64,000 nucleotides of DNA. It comes from Camelus dromedarius. Taxonomy: Eukaryota. Below are positions 32,831 to 45,470 of this stretch, piece after piece. The DNA is taken from contig NC_087445.1 of the NCBI RefSeq assembly GCF_036321535.1, positions 78,430,001-78,494,000 of the forward strand. Direction: 5' to 3'. Each line of letters starts with the position of its first letter. Position 1 is the first letter of the stretch. The position numbers were made by a program, and so were the translations under genes. The notes under the pieces were generated by a model. The model had not been told where the DNA came from. It saw only the letters and a program-made list of their open reading frames with translations, and made no database searches.

Positions 32831-33029
32831 CTTCATTTTGCAACTTTGTCTTGTGCCTTTTAGTTGTCCTCCTCTTTCTATGTTTCTTTTTCCTTACTTC
32901 TTGCTTCTTTTTGCAGTGGTGCCCTCAAATGCCCAGTGCTTGATTTTTCTCCCCGATTGGCTGGCAGTTTGCCATGAGCACCTAACCTAACCCAACCCAT
33001 CTCTTAAAAAAATTTTTTTAATTAAAAAC

Positions 33030-33157
33030 AATCTTTTTATTTTTATTATTTGGGGGAGGGAGATCTATTTATTTATTTTTAGTGGAGGCACAGGGAATGG
33101 AACCCAGGACCTCATTCACGCTAAGCATGTGCTCTACCGCTGAGCTGTACCTTCCCC
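33030..33157 (-). mobile_element. tRNA-Ala-derived SINE (camelid Vic-1-like)
   Basis: Reverse complement reads ggggaaggtacagctcagcggtagagcacatgcttagc...cctgggttccattccc followed by an A-rich tail. Confidence 0.85.
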
Positions 33158-33689
33158 GTGAACCTGACTCCTCTTACATCCTCGCCTGGGCAGCTGAGAG
33201 ACTTTCCATCCCCTGAGCTCCAAGTCGGCCCTCTCCACCCTGAGGGCCGTTCTTATCAAGTACTTTAACTCTGTCCCTTTTATTAAACTCTGCATATCAG
33301 ATAGTATTATTATATATCATTTGTATTGACTTTAATATTTTGTTTTATTATTTGTGAACTAGTTCCTTCTTTTTCAGATACTACGTTGTCAGGTTTCCAG
33401 GTCCCGTGTGTGTCGGGGCATCCGTTCTGGGCTCTCTGTTGACTTCTGTGGATCCATTTATTTCCTCTGGCCCCACCCCGGGTGTCCTGACGGCTCCGTA
33501 AGCCTGCAGAAGCCATTGCACCTTGCAGAATATTGTTATTCATGACAAGTCACTTGGCGCTTTTGAGCCTTTTTTTTTTTTTTAACTTGATTTTGTCAAT
33601 GTCTTTGACAAACCTTTTTGGATTTGATCGGAATGGCACTGACTCTACAAATCAGTTTGGGGAACAACTACCCCTTTACTGCTATACAT

Positions 33690-35387
33690 TTATCAAGGCC
33701 TGATTGAACATCTCAGTAGAGCTCTGGAGTTTGCTGCAGAGAGGTCTTGCTCATTATTGTTAGATTTATTCCCAGAAACTGTGTATTTTGGGTTGGTATT
33801 GTAGAGGGTTACTGTCATACGATCTATATCAAGAAAATTGTATAAAGCAAAATCTATATTTAAAGTTTTATCACAAAGCAAGTACCCATGTGCTCACCAT
33901 TCAGGTCAAGAAACAGGAAATGATCTGTTTCCTGGAAGAGCCCCCCCACTGCTGTCCTCACCAGCACCCACAACCTGCCCCTCCCTGGTACCCCAGCCTC
34001 ATCCTAGGCGACAACCACCCAACTTTCAAAATAATTACTGCCTGTCTTCTTCACACTTTAACCAGTTAACATTACCACCCTAACCAGTCTGGCTTAGCTT
34101 GTTTTCTATGTTGTAGTTTTCTTGTTTACTTATTTTTAAAAGCAGTGTGATTGAGGTAGCGTTTCTACACTGCAAAATTTGCTCATTTTAAGTGGACAAT
34201 TTTCTGATTTTTAGTAAATTTGCAAAGTTGTCCAATATCACCACAATTCAGGCTTAGAATATCTCCATCATCACAGAAAGATCCTTCCTGCTCCTTTTCT
34301 GTGAATCCCTGTTTCCACCCATTTCTCAACCACTAACCCTTTTTCTGTCTGTATAGGTTTGCCTTTTTAAAAAAGCATTTCATACAAATGGAAGCTTTTG
34401 TAGCTTTTTGTGTCTGACTTCCTTCACTTAAAATCTGTTTTTGAGACTGACACAACAGGGACACTTCGGCATTTGGTGTAACTCTTTCTATTTCCAAACT
34501 GCATCCATTAAATGGATCAAAGACCTTTTGTTTACTCATTCATCACTTAATGGACATTTGGATTTTTTCCAGTTTTTGGCTTTTATGCATAAATGGTGCA
34601 AGTAACATTTGCCAAACATTTCTTCAGGTGGATATGTTTTTATTTATCTTGAATAAATACCAAGGAGGGGAATTGCTAAGTCATATAAATTTTTTTTTGT
34701 TTAAATTTTAAAGAAACTGCCAGACTGTTTTCCAAAGTGGCTGCACCATTTTACATTCTACCAGCAGTGTTTAAGGGTGATCGTTTGTCCACATCCTTGC
34801 CAAAACCTGTGTTGCGGAAAAATGTGTTACAGCTCAGTTGTGACAGCAACCTGGATCCGGGTGAGAGACCAGGCAGCACTTGGAGACTTGGAGAACTCAG
34901 GTTTATTACGCCAGCAGGCCCAGAAGAGTTAACACTCCAAGCTCTGGACCCCGTCTGTGGGTTTACACAGGCCTTTATAGGCTGCCAGTTTTACACTTTG
35001 CAAAATCATATTCAAATAAAGTATAACAGAGTTGACCAACCAGGAACAAGCTTTGTAGAAATAGACCAATTAGGAGTGAGAGAAATAACCAATCAGGAGC
35101 GAGCTCCATGCAAATGAAGTACTACAAATGGACCAATCAGAAGCTAGGGAAGTGGACCAATCAGAAGTGAGAGTAATAACCAATCAGGAGTGAAGGAAAT
35201 AGCCAATCAGAAGTGAGCTCAGGGAACCAGAAGAATTTCAGGGGTAAGTAAGCTGTTTCAGAGGCAAAAAGTGAGATAGAGCCTCTGGGCCAGGGAATGG
35301 GATGGTGCCAGCAGGAGAGTAGTGAACCTACTTGGGGACCCTGAAGGTTTTTTTTATGGGGCTTCCCGCCTCACCTGTTCCTGACAG

Positions 35388-35423
<36 letters not shown>

Positions 35424-36000
35424 GCCATACTAGTGTGTGGTTTTAATTTGCATTTCCCTGATACCTAACGGTGCTGAGCATCTTTCCAAGTGCAAATGAG
35501 CCATTTCTATTATTTGAGCTGTCTTGTCATTGAGTTGTAAGAGGTCTTCGTATATTTGGGCTGTAAGTCTCTTATCAGATACATGATTTGGAAGTATTTC
35601 CTCCCAGTCTATAAGTTGTTTTTAACTTCCATAATTAAAAATGTCTTTTGAAGTGCAAAAGGTTTTAATTTTTATGAAGTCAAATTTATTAAGTTTTTTT
35701 TATTATTTTTATTAAGTTTTTTCTTTCTTCAATCATGCTTTTGATGTTATAGCTAAGAACTCTTTGCTTAAAAATCTTAAAGAATTTTCTATATTTTATT
35801 TTAAATGCTTTTAGCTCTTATATTTAGGTCTATGGATCATTTTGTACTAGCTTTTGTATATGATGTGAGGTGAGGATCTAAATTAATCTTTTTATGTTAA
35901 TCATTTTACAGTTGTCCCAGCACCAATTCCCACCCTGCCTTTTTCCCCCAGCACCATTTTTTATTTTATTTAATTTTTTTCTCAGCACCATTTAAAAATG
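33690..36000 (-). mobile_element. Degraded L1 fragments, interrupted by the LTR at 34810-35386
   Basis: T-rich + strand. L1 3' motifs such as ccacatccttgccaa... resume after the LTR as tacagccatactagtg...ttaatttgcatttccctg. Confidence 0.7.
34810..35386 (-). mobile_element. Solo ERV LTR with tandem CCAAT array
   Basis: TG...CA termini (tgttgcgg...cctgaca), AATAAA and TATA on - strand, six CCAAT boxes. Interrupts an L1 segment. Confidence 0.75.
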
Positions 36001-36004
36001 CTTT

Positions 36005-36127
36005 TTAAATTTTATTTTTTGGGGGGATTAGGCTTATTTGCTTATTTTTAGATGTGGTACTGGGGATTGAGCCCAGGACCCTGTGCATGCTAAGCATGTG
36101 CTCTACCACTTGAGCTATATTCTCCCC
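36005..36127 (-). mobile_element. tRNA-Ala-derived SINE (Vic-1-like)
   Basis: Reverse complement ggggagaatatagctcaagtggtagagcacatgcttagcatgcacagggtcctgggctcaatcccc plus tail. Confidence 0.85.
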
Positions 36128-36181
36128 TCACCTGGCACCATCCTTGAAAATACCCTTTCCTCCTTGACTTGCCTTGACACC

Positions 36182-37079
36182 TGTGTCATTAGGGTTCAAC
36201 CAGCGAAAAACAATCAGTGAGAGATGTATGTATGTATATTAAGGAATTTGTTACAAGAAATCACCTTGCAAGACTGTAGGAGCTAAGGAGAAAATTTTAA
36301 AAATATTACGGAAGGTGCTGGAAAAAGCAGGCTGAACATCTGGCACGGGTTATCCTTAAGTAGAGCTTCTTCTTCTTCAGGGAAGCCTCAGCTGTGCTCT
36401 TAAGGCCTTTCAGTGGATTGAACCAGGCCCCCCTCCACCCAACCCAGGTCATGTAGGATAATCTCTTCTACCCAAAGTCAAATGATTATGGGTTCAGTCT
36501 CAATAAATTATGAGAAGGGGTGTTGGGGTGAGGAATAGGACTTTATTCAGAAAGCCAGCAGACCGAGAAGATGGCAGACTAATAATGTCCTGGAGAACCA
36601 TCGTCCCCAAGTCAGAATTCAGGCTCCTTTTATACTAGAAAGGGGAGAGGGTGTGGTTGGTTCTTGCAGACTTCTTGGTGTCAGAATCCTTTATTGTTGC
36701 AGCTGTCCACACTGGTCAGATCATGGTGTCCCTGTAAACCTCTCACAAAACAAATGTTATTTTCTATTCTGCAACTTTTTATCTTCCTATGAATGGAAAA
36801 GTGTTAATATCCTTAAAGGTTATAGCCTTGAGAACAGGCTCTCCTGTCTATTTCAGGCTCTAGGCAACGTTCTTTTACAAAAGGTGCAGAACCAGCAAGA
36901 CTGAGCCCAGGAAACAACACAGGGTTAAAGCCAAAGGGACAGATCAACTTGGAGTCAGATTGGTTCTTTTCTATCACATCATCTACAGACTGCCTTTACA
37001 GCAATGCCTAGACTAGGTTTGGACTGAATAGCTGGGGACTATAGCCCAACCACGTTGACACCTAAAACTGTCCATCATA
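36182..37079 (-). mobile_element. MLT2 (ERVL) LTR split by a younger LTR
   Basis: Starts tgtgtcattagggttcaacc and ends ...acgttgacacctaaaactgtccatcata, matching reversed MLT2 ends. Confidence 0.65.
36500..36978 (-). mobile_element. Artiodactyl ERV1-type LTR nested in MLT2
   Basis: gactttattcagaaagccagcagaccgagaagatggc...ccttttatact...tggagtcagattggttc...tcaca; MLT2 sequence resumes after 36978. Confidence 0.6.
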
Positions 37080-37080
37080 A

Positions 37081-39620
37081 CACCTTTGTAAAAAATTAAT
37101 TGGCCATGAATGCAATGATTTGTTTCTGGACTTCCAATTCTGTTCCATTGATCTATATGCCTGTTGTTATGTGAGGCAACGTTCTTTTGATTTCTTAGTT
37201 TTATAAAGTCAGTTTTGCAACTGGGAATTGTGAGTCCTTCAACTTTGTTTTTAGTTTTCAAATTTTGTTTGTTTGTTTGTTTGTTTGTTTGTTTTTCTGG
37301 GTCCTTTGCTTTTCTGTATAATTTTTAAGATTGGCTTTTTTTCTGGAAAAAACAAAAAAAACAAATGAACTTCCAAGTCTTGATAGAAATTTCATTGTCT
37401 TTAGAGATCAATTTGGGGAGAAGTGCCTTCTTGACAATACTGAATCACAGACTTAGAGTTTTTCATCAATTACTTAAGTCTTCCTTAATTTCTTTCAGCA
37501 GTGTTTGCAGTTTTCAGTATGCAAGCCTGGCACTTCTTTTCTTCTATGGATTCCTGAGCATTTTATTCTTTTTGATGCCCTTGCAAGTGAAATTGTTTTG
37601 TCAATGTGATTTTCAGGTCGTTCATTGCTGGCATGCAGATATAAAATTGAATTTTGTATACTGATCTTGGATCCTGTGACCCTGTGGAATGCATTTCTTA
37701 GTCCCAGTGATTTTTTATGGATTCCTTAGGATTTTCAGCAGATAGTATCATGTTTCTATGTGTAAATACACTTCTTGCTTTCCAATCTGTATGTGTTTTA
37801 GTTCTTTTTCCTACCTGGTTGTACTGGCTAGCACTCCCAGTACAATGTTGACTAGAAGTGATGTTCCTGACGTTAGAAGCAAAGCACTGGGTCTTTGACC
37901 ATTAAAGAGAATGTTAGCTGTAGATTTTCTTACAGGTGTTCTCCATCAGTTTGAGAAAGTTTTATTCTATTCTTTGAGTGTTCAGTGTTTTTATCATGAA
38001 TGCATGTTGGATTTTGTCACTTCATATACTGAGAATATCATGTGGTTGATATCCTTAATTTTATTAACATGGTAGATTACATCAGTTGATTTTCAGATGT
38101 TAAACCAACCTTGCATTCCAGGATTAAATTCCATTGGTCGTGGGGCATAATCCTTTTTATATGCTGCTTATTCAGTTTGGCAATATTTTGTTGAGGACTT
38201 TTGCGTCTATATCTAGGAGGGATATTGGTCTGAAGTTTTGTTTTCTTTTGATATCTTTGCCTGGCTTTGGCCTCAGGATAATTGTACTAGTAGTTTCCTA
38301 TTAGTGACATAACAAATTATCACAAACTTAATGGCTTAAAACAACTCAAGTTACAGTCTTACAATTGTGTGGATCAGAAGTCCAAATTGGGTCAAAGTAG
38401 GCTAAAATCAAGGTATCAGCAGGGCTGTGTATTTCTGGAAGCTTCGGGAGAGTTTGTTTCCTTGTCTTTTCCAGCTTCTAGGGACTACCTGCCTTCCTTC
38501 ACTCAGGAGCCCCTTTCTCCATTTCAAAGCCAGTAGCATTGTATCCCTTTGACCCCCTCTTCTGTCATCATGTGTCTCTCAATCACAGCCAAGAAAATTT
38601 CTCTTATTTTAAGGACTCATTTGACTAGATTGGTTCCATGTCAATAACCCAGGATAATCTCAAGGTCCATATCCTTAATTACATCTGCAAAGTCCCTGAG
38701 TTAGTTTTAATGCTTTGTGTCTTTCTAGGAACTTACCCAGTTCATCTAAGTTGCCTAATTTTATTAGCATAAAGTTTTTATACTATACTTTCATAATCTT
38801 TGTAGAAAAAATTTGTTTCTATTTTTGTTTCTGTTTCAGCTAGTACATCCTTCTAGATGTGCTATCAGATTCTAGTCTTTCACAGTTGTTGAGCTATTTT
38901 AGGACTCTGTAGGTAGACACACACGCAGATTCTGTATTTTCTATTTCTGCCGAAAAGCCTGTTGGAAGTTGTAATTTGGTTACATTGACTCTTCAGGTCA
39001 CTTTTAGGGTTTACTGACATCTTAACAATGTTAAGCCTCCTAATCCATGAACATGGTATTTCTTTCCATTTATGTAGCTCTTCTTTAGTTTCTTTCAGCA
39101 ATTATTTTTAGTTTTCAGTATATAAGTTTAATGATCATTTTGATGGATATAGAATTCATGATTGATAGTTTTTTTCCTTTTTGCAGTTAAAAAAATCATC
39201 TCACTGCCTTCAAGTTTCCATTGTTTCTTGCAAGGAGTCATCTGTTAACCTCGTTGTGGGCTCCCCTGCACACCCGTCACCCTGCCCTTGCTGCTTCACA
39301 GAGCTTTCTCCTTGTCGTTGACTTTCAATGTCTTGGCTGCAATGTGCTAGGTGTAGACCCTGTTGAGCTTCTTTAATCTGTGGATTAACGTTTTGCATCA
39401 AATTTGGGAATTTGGGGCATTGTTTCTTCAGAAATTTTTTCCACTTCCTTTTTCTCTTCCCTCTCCTTGTGGGACACCTTTTACACATTTTGATATTCTT
39501 TATAATATCCCACAGTTCTCCAAGGCTGTGTTTTCTTCATTAATTTTTCTTTATTTTCTTCAGAATGGATGGTTTCCATTGATCTATCTTCAGAATCACT
39601 GATTATTTCTTTTGACTTTT
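37081..39620 (-). mobile_element. Degraded L1 with ORF2 and ORF1 remnants
   Basis: Minus-strand peptides KNKVEGLTIP...RHIDQWNRIGSPE...HGQLIFYKG and [22 protein letters not shown] (ORF2-like); PKFPNLMQNVNPQIKEAQ (ORF1-like). Frameshifted. Confidence 0.85.
38283..38698. mobile_element. MLT1-type MaLR LTR inserted in L1
   Basis: tagtttcct...aacaaattatcacaaacttaatggcttaaaacaac...cagaagtcc...taattacatctgcaaagtccc. Confidence 0.65.
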
Positions 39621-39639
39621 CTAATCCCCTCTAGTGGAA

Positions 39640-41100
39640 TTTTTTTAAAGTCTTTTTCTTTAATAGACAAAAATTTAGAGCAGTTTTATGTTCTCAGCAA
39701 AATAGAGCAGAAGTACAGAGATTTCCCACAAACCCCCTGGCCCTCAAGATGCAAAGCCTCCCCAACTCTCAACATCTCCCACCAGATGGTACATTTATTT
39801 ACAGTTGATGGACCTACACTGACGTGTAATTATCACTCAGAGTCCATAGTTTACACCAGTGTTCACTCTCGGTGTTGTACATCCTGTGGGTTTGGACAAG
39901 TCTGTGTGACATATGTACATCAGTATAGTATCACACAGAGTGTTTCCCCTGCCCTAAAATCCTCTGTGCTTCGCCTGCTTCTCTCTCTTTTAACTCCTGG
40001 AAACCACCGGATTTTTTGTTTTGTTTTGTTTTGTTTTGTTTTGCTGTTGCCGTTGTTTCATCTCTTCCAGAATGTTATCATAGGGGTCATACAGTATGAG
40101 ATGTTTTCTGAAAACATACCTTTTCAGATTGGCTTCTCNNNNNNNNNNNNNNNNNNNNNNNNNNNNNNNNNNNNNNNNNNNNNNNNNNNNNNNNNNNNNN
40201 NNNNNNNNNNNNNNNNNNNNNNNNNNNNNNNNNNNNNNNNNNNNNNNNNNNNNNNNNNNNNNNNNNNNNNNNNNNNNNNNNNNNNNNNNNNNNNNNNNNN
40301 NNNNNNNNNNNNNNNNNNNNNNNNNNNNNNNNNNTCCGTGTATATAAATTTACAACTCTTTTGGGTTGTAGTAGCAAGAGGCACCATTGCTGGGTTATGA
40401 GGTAAGAGTATGTTTAATTTTGTGAGAAACCACCCAGCTGTCCTTCAAGTGACTGTACCATGTTGCAGTCCCACCAGCAAAGTATAAGACTGCCTGTTGC
40501 TCCACATCCTCACCAGCACTTGGTGTTGTCAGTGTCCTGCATTTTGGCCATTCTCATAGGTATGCAGTGGTGCTGTGTTGTTTTAATTTGCATTCTCCTG
40601 ATGACATTTGGTGGGGAGAATCTTTTCATGTGCTGATTTGCTTTCTGTGTATCTCTATTGGTGAGGGGTCTGTAAAGGTCTTTGACTCATTTTTAAATCA
40701 GGTTGTTTTATCTTTTATTGACGAGTTTTAATAGATCTTTGTATGTTTTGGATAACAGTTCCTTATCAGACATGTATTTTGCCAATATTGCCTACATTAA
40801 TTTTTTTTACTTTGTTCTGATTCTTTTATTTTTATTGACTTACGTATTTTTAAATTGAAGTATAGTTGATTTACAATGCTGTGTTAGTTCCAACTAACCA
40901 GTGTTGTGTTAGTTTCAACTAACTAGTATTGTGTTAGTTTTAACTATTTAGTGTTAGCAAAGTGATTCAGTTATATATGTGTGTGAATATATATATATAT
41001 ATATTTAGTTATATATACACACATATGCATGTATTCTTTTTAGATTTTTTTCATTATAGATTATTACTCTAGATTAATTTTTTGCATATGGATGTCCAGT
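39640..41100 (-). mobile_element. L1 3'-end fragments (older L1M and artiodactyl L1)
   Basis: Typical reversed 3' UTR motifs ccacatcctcaccagcacttggtgttg and aattgaagtatagttgatttacaatg. Confidence 0.7.
40880..40952. repeat. 25-bp tandem repeat (about 3 copies), each with an internal inverted repeat
   Basis: tgtgttagttccaactaaccagtgt / tgtgttagtttcaactaactagtat / tgtgttagttttaacta. Confidence 0.75.
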
Positions 41101-42430
41101 TGTTTTAGGATCAGAACTTGTGATTTTTCATTTCAGTCGTGCTTTTCAACTCCAGACTTTCTATTTGGTGATTTTTTTATCTTACAATTATTTGTTACAA
41201 AAAAACTATTACTTTCAGCCTTGAAAGTTTTAGAAGCAAAGCATTTTCTCTTTCTGAAGAATTTAAATATTTGCAGTCAGTGGAAAATGATGGAAGCCTA
41301 CGAAAATGTTCTGACAATCCAAAGGAAAAGCATCGTATTTGTCTCCGGAAACATCAGTGGCTGAGATAAAGGAATGCACAGCCAAGCTTTCTTTAGAATG
41401 CCAGAGCTGAGGTCAGGACTTGCTGCACTATCACAATGGATGCGACTTATTACATGCTACAGGGATCAACCAAAGCCAAAATGACTCGTATTGAAGTGGA
41501 ACCAGTGATGTTTCTTGGTCTTTCCAGTGCAAAGTTCTTCACACAAATCCTGACCACCGGAAGGTATTACAGAACCAGCGCAAGGTCTTTGATGGTACGC
41601 AGCTTGTGATAGATGGACGGCAGTGATCAGTGGGGCAGCTGCAGGTCTTTACGGGCAAAAGTACTCAGTGTTTCCAGAAGGGGTCAGTACAGCCCGGGAA
41701 GAGAAGCGGCAATCAGATCCTCCGCCAGCTCAAAATCTGCTCAGGCTTCCGCTACAGACGCACCAGCCACGCGTTGCTGCGGGTCTCCTCACTGACCTTC
41801 TGCAGCTTTTCTGCTACAAGATGCTCAAGAGGGGAGGAGTGGAAGAGCGCCCCAGACATGGCGACTGGCCGGGCATCTGAGCCGCTGGTCTCCACCCTCT
41901 TGCCTTTGAAGGTGACTGGGCAGCTGTATAGCACCTTAACCTTTTTTCTAAAAGTGATGGAATTTATGCACCCAAAAGAACATTGTGTGGACATTTTTTT
42001 CCAGGAATAAACAAAATGCTTCAAACTTTTTGTGGAATGGACTTAACAAACCGTGGCCCATTCTTCTGCATGTCCTTCATGGTCATCATCCTATGAAGAT
42101 GTTTTGCAGGTTTTGAAGTAATCCAAAGTCACTGAGGACCAAGTCTGATGACACATTTGGGCATCAATTTGTAAAGTTAGGGGACGAACATTTGAGTGTG
42201 TCTCAAAAGTGGTTTCAGGTACAAGAGTTTTGCATCATTGGGTACGTGCATCACTCCACAATGTCCGAATTGCAGAAACACCGTGTGCTCCATGCCCTGA
42301 TGTCCTCCGTGTGCTGTAGCTTTTAACACCAAGTTGACATTCTAAACCCAGACTCACAGCAGGAAGGAGCCATGTGCCCTCTCTAGCGATGGTCTGTATT
42401 TGGTAATAATCTGATGACAACTGCATATAA
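41100..42430. other. Unclassified 1.3-kb high-complexity insert, possibly a processed pseudogene
   Basis: Not recognisable as L1, LTR or SINE. Flanked by L1 fragments; short broken ORFs on both strands. Parent gene not identified. Confidence 0.3.
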
Positions 42431-42449
42431 CTATAAAAATCTATTTTTA

Positions 42450-43110
42450 AAAAAGCTTTTAAAAATTGAGATATCATTCACATACCATACGGTTTACCCA
42501 TCAAAGGTGCGCAATTCGGTGGTTTTTAGTATATTTGCAAAGTTGTGCAACCATCATCATAATCTAATTTTAGAACATTTTTGTCACCTCAAAAAGAAAC
42601 CCTGTGAGGGGGGAAGGTATAGCTCAGTGGTAGAGTGCGATGCATGAGGTCGTGGGTTCAATTCCCAGCACCTCCATTAGGAATAAATACCTAATTAACT
42701 GCCCTCAACAACGCCCTCCAAAAAAGAAACTCTGTGCCTCCCCACTATTCTTGCTGCCCCCACTGCCAGCCCTAGGGAATTCCTGTAACTGGGTCATTCA
42801 GTATTTGTCCTTTTGTGTCTGTCTGCTTTTACTTAGCATTTTCAGCATTAATTTTCAAGTACGTACCAGTATTTCATTCTTTATATGGCTGAATAATATT
42901 CCATTGCATATATATTCCACATTGTGTTTGTATCTTCATCAGTTGGTGGACATTTGGGCTGTTTCTACTTTGTGGCTAGCATGAATAGTGCTGCTATGAG
43001 CTTTTGTATGAGTTTTTTGTGTGGACACATTTTTTATTTCTCTTAGGTGAACACCTGAGCTTGGAAAAGGGTAATACACTTTCTGGGTCATGTGGACACT
43101 CTATTTTTAA
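42450..43110 (-). mobile_element. L1M 3' end hosting a SINE
   Basis: ttgagatatcattcacataccata...gttgtgcaaccatcatc...ttgtcacctcaaaaagaaac. Confidence 0.7.
42607..42720 (+). mobile_element. tRNA-Ala-derived SINE with 16-bp target-site duplication
   Basis: ggggaaggtatagctcagtggtagagtgc...gggttcaattcccagcacctcc. TSD aaaaagaaaccctgtg (42591-42606) and aaaaagaaactctgtg (42721-42736). Confidence 0.9.
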
Positions 43111-43119
43111 CTTAAAAAA

Positions 43120-43252
43120 ATATTATTTTTTTTTGGTGGGGGTGGATAATCAGGTGTACTTATGTATAAGTTTTTAGTGGAAGTGCTGGGGACTGACCCA
43201 GGCCCTGGTGCGTGCTAGGCACGCGCTCTGCCACCGAGCTGTGCCCGCCCCC
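43120..43252 (-). mobile_element. tRNA-Ala-derived SINE (GC-shifted copy)
   Basis: ctggggactgacccaggccctggtgcgtgctaggcacgcgctctgccaccgagctgtgcccgcccc. Confidence 0.8.
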
Positions 43253-43556
43253 GTNNNNNNNNNNNNNNNNNNNNNNNNNNNNNNNNNNNNNNNNNNNNNN
43301 NNNNNNNNNNNNNNNNNNNNNNNNNNNNNNNNNNNNNNNNNNNNNNNNNNNNNNNNNNNNNNNNNNNNNNNNNNNNNNNNNNNNNNNNNNNNNNNNNNNN
43401 NNNNNNNNNNNNNNNNNNNNNNNNNNNNNNNNNNNNNNNNNNNNTTAGTGGATCATTTTCGTCATACTTTCCTTTAATTCTTTTTACATAGTTTCCTTTA
43501 CATCTTTGAAAATTTTTAAAATACCTGCTGTGACATCTTTAAGTCCAACTTCTAGG

Positions 43557-43605
43557 CCCTCGAGCATGCTAAGCACGCCCTCTGCTCCTGAACTGTGCCC
43601 CCTCC
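43557..43605 (-). mobile_element. Partial SINE head
   Basis: gcatgctaagcacgccctctgctcctgaactgtgccccctcc. Confidence 0.6.
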
Positions 43606-45356
43606 AAAAACCAGACATTTTAGATAATGTATCATAGCAACTCTGGCTGATAACAGAGCTCCTGCAGGTCACTCAAGGAAGGCAGCTCTTCCCAGAGATG
43701 CCTGTTTTTCTTGAATAAATGCCTCTCAGTGCCTTTGATCAATTTCCAAAGCCCAGACATTTTTGCTTCTGTTGTAGCATTTTAGGGAAGCGATTTAGTC
43801 TCAGCCCCCCATTCTGGAACTGTCACTGCCCCCTGCTTTGCTTCTGCCTGGGGTTGAACTTCATGTAAATGGGGTCATGGCTTTACTTTGTGTCTGGGCC
43901 CTGAGATCAGCATTATGTGTGCGAGGTCCATCAACATGTCTAGCTTCTGTTTTCCTTCCTGCAAACATTTTGTTTTAGGAATCTACCACATTTTGTTTAT
44001 CCATAACACCAATGGACATTTGATTTGTTTTCATGATTTTTGCTCTTGTGAGTAATGCTGCCTTTAATATTTTTCCCACACCTCTGTGCCCAGGTGCATG
44101 CACAACAATTTGGGTATTGTTATGGGTTGAACTGTGTCCCACCAAATTNNNNNNNNNNNNNNNNNNNNNNNNNNNNNNNNNNNNNNNNNNNNNNNNNNNN
44201 NNNNNNNNNNNNNNNNNNNNNNNNNNNNNNNNNNNNNNNNNNNNNNNNNNNNNNNNNNNNNNNNNNNNNNNNNNNNNNNNNNNNNNNNNNATTTGGATAC
44301 AGATAGACATACACAGAGGGAAGGGGATGTGAAGGTGCACGGGGAAGGTGGCCGCAGACTGCTGGCCTTCAGAACGGTGGGAGAATGCATTTCTGTTGTT
44401 CAAGCCCCGGTTGTGGTGCTTTGTTAGGGCAGCTCCAGGAAACGGAATCATGTATATACACTGGAGTGGCATCTGGGTCTAAGGGGCTGCACAGTCTCCC
44501 AGAGGCTGCACCCCAATCCCCAGCACAGGGGAGAGCCCCGGTCACCCCGGTACTCACCAACGTTCACTGTTGTCAGCGGTGTCTCATGGCAACTTCAATT
44601 TGCGTTTCCTGGATGACTTTTGTAAAGTGCCCTGTTAATTCTGGACATGAGCCTTGCTGTGTGTGTGGCAAGGACCTCCTTCCGCCTTACTTTCCCCCTC
44701 GCCTGGTGGTGTCTTGATGAAAAGATGTTCTCAATTTTCATGTTTTCATGTGTGTTACTCCTGTCCTTGACTTTTCTTGCTTTTCGTGTCCTTTTTAAGA
44801 AACCCTTTCTTATCCCTGAGGGCCGGAAGGCGTGTTCCCACATCGTGTTGAAGAACACGATTATCTGGATTATTCGAGTATTTGGCTGCATAGTTAGATC
44901 TGCTCCCCACTGTGCCACTGATCTTTGTGTTTTGTGTGACATGGGATCAAATTTTATCTTAACTTCGGTGTGTTCTTCAGTGAGCCACTGCTGCTTCTGC
45001 CACCGGCGGGCCTCCCCTCCGACTGGCCGGCAGTACTGGTCCAGGATGTGCCTGCCCCCTCCCCGCGCTGCTGCCACTGCACGTTTGCACGGAGTCTTGG
45101 GGTCCTGTGCAGCGCGAGCCCCACCCGGTCCTTCCGGTCTTCTCTTGGCCCTTTGTTTTTTCATAACAATTTTGGAGTCAGCCTGACAAGTTCCTGCCCC
45201 AAACGGTGGGGATTTTGTTCAGGATTCCACTAACTCTACAAACCACCATAACACGGAGTCTTCTGTGGTATGATGTGCTTGGCTGAGCTCCTGTGAGTCT
45301 AGGGTTTTAAAATGCCTCTTGGAGCAGGTACTCAGCTGCGTGTTTATACTGTATAA

Positions 45357-45470
45357 GCGGTATATAGCTCAGTGGTAGAGCACTCACTTAGCTTGCTCAG
45401 GGTGCTGGCTTTAATCCCCAGAACCTCCATTAAAAGAAAAAAAAAGGTAAACCTAATTACCTCCTCCCCA
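45357..45470 (+). mobile_element. tRNA-Ala-derived SINE
   Basis: tatagctcagtggtagagcactcacttagc...ttaatccccagaacctccattaaaag...aaacctaattacctcc. Confidence 0.85.
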
